From the NCBI GenBank assembly GCA_964016885.1, contig OZ024763.1, positions 8,866,001 through 8,930,000 of the forward strand: a stretch of DNA of 64,000 bases, given 5' to 3'. Position numbers and translations under genes: made by a program. Below are positions 13,437 to 25,336 of this stretch, piece by piece. Source of the DNA: Eledone cirrhosa. Its lineage: Eukaryota. The notes under the pieces were generated by a model. It was not told the DNA's origin and searched no databases. It saw nothing but the letters and a program-made list of their open reading frames with translations. Each line of letters begins with the position of its first letter. Positions within the stretch are counted from its first letter, which is position 1.

Positions 13437-14052
13437 TTATGTAATAAACAACATAAGGCAATTATTCCATTTACCAGTGGTTTCTTAAAAGCAAAAGATT
13501 TTGCTTTCAATCCTCAGAAATTCAATAAACAGGCCAGGATGTTTTCATTCTGAGGATTGAAAGCAAAATCTTTTGCTTTTAAGAAACCACTGGTAAATGG
13601 AATAATTGCCTTATGTTGTTTATTACATAAATATTAAGCTCTGTTACCTACATAGAGCACTCTTTTTTCCTGGACTTTTCCGACGGAATTACTTCATTCA
13701 TACACATATATATATATATATATGGGATATCAAGTTATCGTTTTAGGTAATCCAGTTAGAGGTTGTGAGTACTCTGTACTATGGATAGTTTTAATGTACG
13801 GCGTTGTTTGACTCAACAAGAGGTTTCCTTAGTTAGGTAGCGAGTTTGCGAGAATTCCCGTGCAGATCATTCTTGGAGTAATAATAGTGAAAGAGTGAAG
13901 AATAACATGGTCGGCTGTACAAAAAGGGTTTTATTTACAGTATTAACAATTGTTTCATTGATCAGGTGAGTCTAAAGGCTGCTAATCACTCGGAATTGAG
14001 TCACTCGACCTTAAATAGAGTGTGTGTGTCTCTGATCAAATCATCGGAATAA

Positions 14053-14089
<37 letters not shown>

Positions 14090-15712
14090 GATATGCTGAC
14101 ACATAACATTGGTGTTAGGAAGGGCATCCAGCTGTAGAAATCAAGCCAAAATCAGTTCCTGTATGAGCAAGGCATGGTCAGCCGACCAGACACTGCCCAC
14201 AACAGGACAACCCGTTTAACCCATGCTAGCATGGAAGAACGGATGTAAAACGATGATGATGATACATACATAGAAATGTACACATACTCACACACATTCA
14301 TATACACACACTGTTTTTATCTAAGTCATTAATATTTAATCTTCAATGATTGTTTCAGGTTCACATTGAATTCACTGAAGGACAGGACAAGATCAATATT
14401 GAAGGACCTCCTGATGAAGTGGAAGAGTGTGTCCAGAAACTCTCTGAGTGTATCAAGGACTTGGTTAGTGCCCACCTACTACGCTGTCTTCTATCGGATA
14501 TTGTCTCACATACATACATACATACATACAAACACACATGCTCCTTCACACATACATACATGCTCCTTCACACATACATACATGCTCTTTCACACATACA
14601 TACATTTCTCTCACACACATGCTCTCACACACACACACACACTTTCACATATACATACATCTCTCACACACATACATCTCTCACACACATACATCTCTCA
14701 CACACATACATCTCTCACACACGTACATCTCTCACATATACATACATCTCTCACACACATACATCTCTCACACACATACATCTCTCACACACATACATCT
14801 CTCACACACACACACACATGCTCTCTCTCACACACACACATGCTCTCTCTCACACACACACATGCTCTCTCTCTCACACACACATGCTCTCTCTCTCACA
14901 CACACATGCTTGCTCTCTCTCACACACATGCTCTCTTTCACATACACATGCTCTCACACACACACACACATGCTCTCTCACACACACATGCTCACACACA
15001 CACACATGCTCTCCCTCTCACACACATGCTCTCTCTCACACATACATGCTCTCTCACACATACATGCTCTCTCACACATACATGCTCTCACACACATACA
15101 TGCTCTCTCTCACATACATGCTCTCTCATACACACGCAAGTTCTCACACACACAAGTTCTCACACACATGCTCTCACACATGCTCTCTCATGCTCTCACA
15201 CACATGCTCGCACACACACACATACATACATGCTATCACATATATACACATTCTCTCTCACATCACCTCCCTCCCTCCCTCTCTCCCTCCCCCATAAATA
15301 AACATCACCATGGCTACAACAGCTTAATTCTTCAATAATTTACTTTGTTTTAAATTTTAATTAAATATTTTAAAAAAAAATTCTTTTAAAATTCTAATTG
15401 TTTTTTAAAATATTCTGTTACAGGGCAAAAGAATGGATTTTGATGAGATTGAAATTGATCAACGATTTCACAAACATATCATAGGCAAGAATGGTGCAAA
15501 TAGTAAGTCTTTGATACACTGTGTGTGTGTGTCTGACACTGTGTGTGTGTGTCTGACAGTGTATGTGTGTGTCTGACAGTGTATGTGTGTGTCTGACACT
15601 GTGTGACACTGTCCGACACTGTGTGTATGTCCGACACTGTGTGTGTGTCTGACACTGTGCGTGTGTGTCTGAAACTGTTTGGGCATTTATACCTATATAC
15701 TCATACATATAA

Positions 15713-15743
<31 letters not shown>

Positions 15744-16220
15744 TGTCAGCGTGTTGATAAAAATGCCAGTCGTTATCAATGTTATATATTTGTTGTTTTA
15801 TTTCTTAGTTTCTAGAATCAAAAATGAGACAGGAGTAGCTATACAGATTCCTTCAGACAGTGACAACAGTAATATTATCAGGATTGAAGGGGACCCAAAT
15901 GGAGTGCAGAGAGCTAAGCAAGAACTTTTAGAAATGGCTCAAAGAATGGTCAGTCATATTTTTTTTATTATGTCTGTCTGTGTGTCTGTATATTATTTGT
16001 TTGGATTGGCAGTATCGGTAGAGGGTCGGACGCCATGCTTTGCAGCATAGAGTTACAGCCCTTTATGATCTGAGTTCAAATCCCACCAAGGTTAACTTTG
16101 CCTTTCATTTACGGGGGTCGATAAAATAAACTACCAGTAATGTACTGGTGTAATTGCTGGCCTTGTGCTAAAAGTAGAAACAATTGTTTGTGTGTATATG
16201 TCTCAAAGAATGGTGAGTGA

Positions 16221-16293
<73 letters not shown>

Positions 16294-17131
16294 CTGATAC
16301 CACAATAAACAGCACCCAGTCCACTACCATGTAGAAGTTGTTGTTGTTGGGTGAAAGTCTTAGTTTCCAGAAATAATTTAATTACAATTTCTTTTTCTTT
16401 CTTTCTGCAGGAGAATGAGAAAAGCAGAGACATAATGATTGAACAGCGCTTCCACAAAACCATTATCGGAGCTCGGGGTGAGAAGATTCGAGAAATCAGG
16501 GATAAATTTAATCAAGTACAGATCAGCTTCCCCGATGCTGGAAAGAAGAGTGATGTGGTTACACTGCGTGGTCCAAAGAATGATGTTGACAAAGCCTATG
16601 ACCACCTCTGGCGATACCAACAAGAACTGGTCAGTAGAGATTTTAGGTTGTCATCAATACATTCCACTCTTGATTGATTGGTTGTCGTGGTTGTGGTGGT
16701 CGGCCTGTGTACATAACTTGACACAAGAGAAATTGATAAAAGCAGTAGTGAGTTCAAGGCTGTGTCCCAGCATGGCCACAGCCTGTCATTAATATACTTC
16801 ACACTTTATTGATTTGTTGTCGTGAAGGTAGATTTACTAATGGTAATATACAGGAATGGCTAAGTGTTAACAAACTGAGAGAAACTGGGCATAAAAGGGG
16901 CCAGATGCAGTGTGTAGGAGAGGAGATTGCACTGGTATGGACATATGATGCGTATGAAAATGTGCAGAGTGCTTGAAGTTTGATGGAAGCTATGGAGTAG
17001 GAAGACTTGGGATGAGGTGATAAAAGCTGACTTTCCACAATTGCATCCCTCAAAGGCGATGACACAGGATCGAGATCTCTGGTGTTTGTTGTATTACAGA
17101 AGACTCGCCTTCACATGTGTGTGTGAGTGTT

Positions 17132-17200
<69 letters not shown>

Positions 17201-19575
17201 AATATATATTCAAACTTTCTTCAGGTCACCAACAATTATCAAGCCCAGGTTCAGATATTTAAGGAATTCCATAAAAACATAATCGGTAAAGGAGGAGCCA
17301 CAATAAAAAAGGTAAACTTTCCATTTATATATCTCTCTTCTTTACACACTCTCCTGTAACCCCCCCCCCCCCCCCCCCAATGCTACTTCCCTCCCTACCC
17401 TTGCCACCCCATCGGGATTTGAACTCAGAACATAAAGGGCCATAACTCTCTGCTGCAAAGTATGGTGCCTGACGCTCTACTGATTCTTCCAATCCAAGTA
17501 GATGTGTAGTTTCCATGTACATTAGTGTGGGAAAATGCATACCATACCCAGGCATTTGTCGACCCTCAGGAATAGATATATATATATATATATATACTTT
17601 CAAGACCCCTGTTTTAGTTTACCCCATGATTTTCCTGTAAAATAATTTGTTGTTTTGTGATGGTTTGTGCAGATTCGTGATGAAACCGACACCCGTATTG
17701 AGTTACCTCATGAGAACATGAACTCAGATATGATTGTTATAACTGGCAAGAAGGCCAATGTGGAACAGGCCAAGAAGAAGATTGAAGCAATCCAGAAAGA
17801 CTTGGTGAGGAACCCCCTTTTTTTCTAATTGGGTTTGCAATCGTGAGGTTGTGAGTCCAATTCTTGGGTCGGGCTTTATGTTGTGTTCTTGAGCAAGACA
17901 CTTTATTTCATGTTGCTCCAGTTCACTTAGCTATAGAAGTAAGTTGTGACGTCACTGGTGCCAAGCTGTTTCAGTCATTGCCTTTCCTTTGGACATCGTA
18001 AATATTGTATGTATAATATATATGATATATATATGTATATATGATCTGATGTCACTGGTGCCAAGCTGTATCGACCATTGCCTTTCCCTTGGACAACATC
18101 GGTGGCATGGAGAGAGGGAGACTAGTTTACATGGGCCACTAATGGTCTTCCACAAACAACCTTGCCCAGACTTGTGCCTTGGAGGGGAACTTTATAGGTG
18201 CAAGTCCCATGGTCATTCCTGACCAAAGCAGGTCTTTATTCTACCATATTTATAATGAAAGACACTGCCATGCATTTTCGATGAATTTTTAAAAAATAAT
18301 CAGACATGTGGAGTTGGTGTCTGGAACATAACTTAACAAAGGTTCTTACATGAAATTATGATTGAAGGTTTTTTTTAGATAGATATAAAGCACACAGTCC
18401 ACACTGTAAATGTGGTTGGCGTTAGGAAGGGCATCCAACTGTAAAAACAAATCCAAAATCAGTTCTGTGTGTACAAATCACGGTTCCTCGACCTGATCTC
18501 TTGCAAAGGGACAGCCCAACCTACTCATGCTAGCGTGGAAGATGGACATTAAACGATGACGATGATAAGGTGGATAATCAATATTTAGATGTAATTAAAA
18601 TTTCACTTAATTTTTTTTCCTCTATTTTTCAGGCCAACATCAAAGAGATTACAGTTGAAATTCCATCGAAGTTCCACAATTCTATTATCGGTGCCAAAGG
18701 CCGTTTGATTAGGGCTATCTTAGATGACTGCAGTGGTGTACAAATACGCTTCCCTCCTGAAGGAAGTGCCTGTGATAAGGTCGTTATTCGAGGACCACCA
18801 GAAGATGCAGAGAATGCTTGTAAACAGCTGCGGGAATTAACAAGTGAAAAGGTAGGGAACAAATAACGAGAAAAGTGTGGGAGGGGTGGTGGTGGTGGGG
18901 TATGAGATAAAGATATAGAGTAAGGGTCGATCCCAGTAATAGAATGGTACTTTTGTTAGGCAAAGTTGACTTTGCTGGGATTTGAACTCAGAGAGCCAAA
19001 ATTATACCATAAAGCCTTCTATCTGACGTTCTGACTACTCTGCCTAATCACCACCTCATTAGAGAATTTTTGTACTAATTAGAGCAATGGTTCTTAACCT
19101 GGGGTGCGAGGTTCAGTTGTTAGGGATGCAAGTTGAGCTCTAGAAATACTTTCTTTTCATTTTACTTCGCATCATTCAATGATCCATAGCTTACCATTTG
19201 TTTCAACATATTAATTAATTAATTAAATAGTATCAGCTAAGTCGCTGATAATTTTACCTGAAAATTCAACTTCTTTTTGTCTTATGTGCTATGCCTAGGG
19301 GTGAGGAATGGAATTTCAAAATCTCAAGGGGTGCTGCATTAGTAAATGGTTAAGAACCACTTAATTTGAGGAAGGTTTTGTCACCATTTATCTTCTCTAT
19401 TTCAGCAATTATCCAGCTACACTGCAACCATTCGAGCAAAACCAGCTTACCATAAATTTCTTATTGGTACTGGAGGTAGTAAAATTAAGAAGGTAAGTTG
19501 TGTGTGTGTGGATATTTATGTGTGTATGTATGTGTGTATGGATATTTGTGTGTGTAATTTGTTCGTGGATGTGTG

Positions 19576-19606
<31 letters not shown>

Positions 19607-20858
19607 ATGTGTTGTATTAAGTATTTATATATTGTGTGTGTTACCGATAGGTTCGTGAAAAAACTGGTGCTAGAGTGATCTTTCCCAATGAACATGACAG
19701 TGATCCTGAATTGATCTCAGTTATTGGGAAGAAGGAATCTGTCGAACAAGCCAAAGAGGAACTGGAAAATCTAATCAAAAGTTTGGTTAGTATTCTTTAT
19801 CTTCTTCTTAAGTCTGATATTATTAACCACCAGCACTACTGCCATTACCACTTCTACTTCTACTACCACAACATCATTACCACCACTTCCATTACTATTA
19901 CCACCATTACTACTACTATTACTCCTAACACCATCACTACCACCAACACCACACTAATTCCATCTGTATCAATATATATTATATATATATATTTGTAACA
20001 CCACCATTACCGCAACCAATACCACTCTCACAACCACCACCGCCATCACACTAATTCCATTTGTATCAATATATCTAGCATACTCTGAATGCCTTGCTTC
20101 CCTGGGTATGGATACATTAAAGCTCTGACGTCTGGCAGCTGACTTGGTAGACACCAACAAAATTATTAACCATCTTGCCAACAACAACCCAGAGCACCTT
20201 TTTGAATTTCATGTGTCTTACACCTGTGGACATGCTTACAAAATCAGAAAACAGTACAGCTGCTATGACTTTCAGAATCATTTTTTTCACACTGAGTTGC
20301 TGAAGCATAGAAGAAACTGTCTGCATCAGTTGTTAGAGACACTCCATCCTTCAAAACCTCCATGCTTCCTGAAATTCACCAACACTACACCTGATATTCC
20401 CCCTCTATACACACACATGAGTCTGTGTGTGTATCATGCCTCATACACTGTTCACTTTCCTGACATTTTTACATTATTCTATGTACTATACATGCACCTT
20501 TGATGAATTGTAGTACACCTGAGCATTGTACATAATAATTTTCATTATTATCATTATTATATATATTATATATTTGTAGGACAACATTGTTGAAGGAGAA
20601 GTGAGTGTTGATCCAAAACACCATCGCTATTTTGTAGCCCGCCGAGGCGGTCTTCTGCGGCAAATTGCTGAGGATTATGGCGGTGTCACAGTCAGTTTTC
20701 CCCGTAGTGGGGTCAAAAGTGACAGGATCGTTATCAAAGGGGCCAAGGACTGTGTTGAAGGGGCCAAGCGCAAGATTCTTGAAATTGTTGCTGACCTGGT
20801 GAGTATTTTGGAGATGGGGATTGGTTTTTATTTTATTTTGTGTGTGTATGTATGTATG

Positions 20859-20903
<45 letters not shown>

Positions 20904-20916
20904 CTGTGTGTGTGTC

Positions 20917-20947
<31 letters not shown>

Positions 20948-22561
20948 TTGAGGGTATATAATATGGTATATATTATGTTTCTTACAATTTTGACTCCTTT
21001 TTTTGTTGATTTTCTGCAGGATGCACAAGTTGTTGTCGAGTGCGTGATTGCACAGAAATACCACCGCACCGTGATGGGTGCCAGAGGGCAGAAGGTGCAA
21101 GACATTACACGTCAATTCGATGTTGGAATTAAATTTCCAGATCGTCCGGTTAATGGAGGTAAAGAAATACATGTCTCTGTTTGTGGGTGTAGGTGTCTGT
21201 CTTTGTGTGTGTCTGTTTGTGTGTGTATCTGTGACTGTGTTTGTCTGTCTCAGTGTGTATATCACTGTGTATCTGTCATTGTTTATTTGTGAGTTTGTCT
21301 GTCTGTGTGTATTTGTGTATCTGTATACACCTTTAACTGATCTATTGTACAAACTTATGATCATCATCATATAACGTCCATTTTCCACACTAGCATGGGT
21401 AGGACAGGTTGTCCCTTTGGGAGAGATCAGGTTGGTGGACGGTTTGTCACTCATACAATGGTGAGTTTGTTTTGGTTTCTACAATTGGATGCCCTTCCTA
21501 ACGCCAATCACATTTACAGTGTGTTGAGTGCTTTTTGTCGTGACTCCTACACGACCATTTTACACACACACACACAGATATTTAATCCTCCAACAATCTC
21601 CTCTTCTGTTCCAGAGTGTGTCCCTATTGCATACACATACACACACATTGTGTATGTATGTGTATATATATATATATAATGTTACAGTATCATGAGAGAG
21701 AATAGAGAGGAAGCGTTATAGAAGGAGACGATACAGATAATTAATTGCCATAAGCAGGTGCTTTAGTGCTCGATGCTTGTGCAGACAGGGTTAAACATTA
21801 GAAGCGTTAATATTTAGTGTGCGAATTTAAGCAGAGCAATTATAATCGAAGAAATTGAAGAAAGAGAAGAGACCGTTAAAATATATTTATAAGGAGCTCT
21901 TACACATGTTACGCCTAAGTTGGGCTCCTCAGAGGCTCAGAGGAAAGTAAAGGGTTTAATTAGGAACCCTGAATGGGTATGAATACCATTTTAACATCGA
22001 AATTCATATCTCGGTGTTAGAGTTAGCTGCTTAAGTTTGTGAACGAAGGGAGGTAATTCAGGTGCTGATTTGGAATTGTCTGCTAAAATTCATTTCCACT
22101 ATTATAAAATATTTATTTATTCCCCTAAGTCTATTTACTACATGCTAATTTAATAATGCTTTGTCAAGCCAGTTTGCAGAGGCACAGTTAAGGTATGAAT
22201 GTAAGTGTTCCATAACATTATGGTCAATGAAACTTATGTACAGTCTAAGTTAGTATGAGGCTGCAATTTCAACAGGTTTAAACGCCAAAAAGTGTAAAGG
22301 CATAAACGTCAGGCTTTGCACAATCACATGATTATACCCCCATGATTTTTAAATGGTACAATCATCGATCCTGCAGAGATACTCAAGATTTATTCCGTTG
22401 GTGTGGAGGAGTATGACGAGGTAATTAGGTCTGGACACATGAAGTGCTACACCCTTGAGGGATGACGGGGGCTGGATAATAGTATTGTTCACAGATGTTT
22501 AATTTTTAGCCCACCGTTTTAAGACAAGCCAGGGCGAGGTGTAAAATGCCTTGGTACTATG

Positions 22562-22607
<46 letters not shown>

Positions 22608-24774
22608 AATAATAAAATGTGGAGAAGGAGCACACGAGTTGGAATATATATATATATGAAAATAGGGGAAAAAAGACGATTATTAGGAAGAAAAATATTT
22701 CCTTTTTATTTTTTTCTCTTTTTTCTGGGTTAGAAAATGTTTAAAACAAAATATTTTACTTCGTGTGAAGTGTTAAGGTATTAGTTAATTTATTTATTAA
22801 TTAACAATGGCATTTATTTATTTATTTATATATTTAATAATTGTCTATTACCGGTTTCAGCATTTTATGCATTATCAAAGGGGGGAATTTGTATTGGTGT
22901 AAAATGTTGATGTTGAACATGTTAAGGAAATGGGGAAGAAAGAATAATGTTATTTACAAACAAGATTTTTGAAGTGGAAAAAATGGGGGTAATGTGGAAC
23001 ATAAGGTAAGTTCCACATTACCCCCCCCCCCCCTTTTTTTTTTCTTTTAAACATTCTCTATCCCAGAAAAAAGAGAAAAAAATAAAAAGGAAAAAAATAT
23101 TTTTTTCTCCCTATTTTCATATATATATATATGCTGACGATCTGGTTCTTATAGCAGAATCAATAGAGGAGCTAGAGAATAAATTCTGGCTATGGAAACA
23201 GCAGTTGGAAGCAAGAGGATTGAGAGTGAACCTAGCTAAGACAAAAGTGTTGATGAGTACAAAAGAGGACAAAATTCTGATTCCGTCAGGGAAATGGCCA
23301 TGTTCAATATGCAAAAAAGGAACTGGCATAAATTCTATAAAATGCACACAATGCAGATCCTGGGTACACGAGAGATGTAGCGAGATAGCAGGCAAACTAA
23401 CAGGTAGGGAGAAATACGTATGCAGTAGATGTACAGGGAAATTAGACAGTAGAAGTCGCATTGATAGACATTTTTCAAATGCAGGCGGATGCTATAGAAG
23501 TGGTGGATAGCTTCCAGTACCTAGATCAGATTAGCATGGGAGGGGGGTGTTCCGAGGCCATAGTATCTAGAATAAGGATGGGTTGGAAGAAGTTTAGGGA
23601 GCTGCTTCCTCTGCTGACGAAGAAGGGTTTCTCCCTGCATACGAAAGGCTGGTTATATGATGCCTGTGTGAGGAGTGCGATGCTGCATGGTAGTGAGACA
23701 TGGGCAGCAACTGCAGAGGATATGCGATGGCTGGAGAGAAATAAGGCAAGCATGCTCCATTGGATGTGCAGTGTAAATGTGCGTGAACGACCCAGCATGA
23801 ATGTGTTGAGAGAGAAACTGACTGAGTGGGATAGAATGTAGTGTGCGAGAGAGGAGACTGAGGTGGTATGGACATGTGATGCGTATGAAGGATGACCGAT
23901 GGGTGAAGAAGTGCCAGGAAATGCCAGTTGAAGGAAGACGTGGTAGAGGTAGACCACGAAAAACATGGGCGGAGGTGGTGAGAACAGACGTCAGATCGCT
24001 GAAGCTCACAGTGGAGATGACGAAGGACCGTGACAAGTGGAGAGATGCTGTACTGAATAAGACCCGTCCCACCCTTGCAAGCAGGGAAGAGCGGACGTAA
24101 AATGATGATGATGATATATATATGGAAATCTTTTCATATTACTATTTTCTTTGCTTCTTGCATTATTTAAATATACCGCGACTCTGTCACATTTCCTCCA
24201 CTATACTCTTCTTAGTTGCATCTTCTTCTCACATGTTGATTTCTCTCTCACCCCAGTACCTTCATCGTGCTCAATCTCAAATCTTTTCTCCGCCAGCTCT
24301 ATTCCATTCTCAAACACTACCCCCCTCCTATTTTTTTCTATAAACATTTGCCCATCCCTTCAAGCTTTCTGATTTCTTATTCTTTCTTCTGATAAAGGAC
24401 TAGCGTCCAAATCGTTAAGACCCTCTTTCTGCTATTACAAGCATTAAACTAATATATCCCTTACATATACTGTACCGATTGTGTTATTTCTGTTTACCTT
24501 TTACATATATATATATATATATATATATCTACATACATACATATAACAATTTGTGGCTCCTCTTCTGTTCCCCCAGAGCGCGTCACTATTACCCCTCCTG
24601 AAGAAGATGCAGCTACTGCTATCACCAATGGAGATGTGATTCCGAATGCGGAAACTTCTCTGGACTCTGGCACTAACAAAACCGACGTAATTCTCATCAC
24701 AGGCAAACCAGAAAACTGTGAAGAGGCTAAAAAAGCATTACAGGTCAGTGTTAATATTTACCTACTTCTTTATA

Positions 24775-24815
<41 letters not shown>

Positions 24816-25060
24816 CAACGGCCTTACGTCTTTGAAATACATATAACAAAATAAATAGGGATGTACAAATGAAACCGTCTTTCTTTATTATTATGTGTAT
24901 ATATATATATATATATCATCATCATCTTCGTTTAACGTCCATTTTCCACGCTAGCATGGGTTAGACGGGAGTTGTCCAACTTGAGACAAGGCTGGTCGGG
25001 TGACCGTGTCTCGCTCATATAGGACTATGTGGCAGGTTTTCTACGGCTGGATGCCCTTCC

Positions 25061-25119
<59 letters not shown>

Positions 25120-25198
25120 ACTGTCTGTCATATTTTTTACCATAGGTATTAAGAAACACTGATCGGTAATGTGTGTGTGTGTGTGTGTAAAGAGGTAA

Positions 25199-25236
<38 letters not shown>

Positions 25237-25284
25237 TTACCTCTTTACACACACACACATTAAATATCAGTGTTTCTTAATACC

Positions 25285-25336
<52 letters not shown>

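Noticed and set aside
14350-15338. Three overlapping 266-315 aa His/Thr/Ser-rich ORFs
   Set aside because: They are translations of a CA/CT low-complexity tract that lacks stops. Only 14359-14463 is a real exon.
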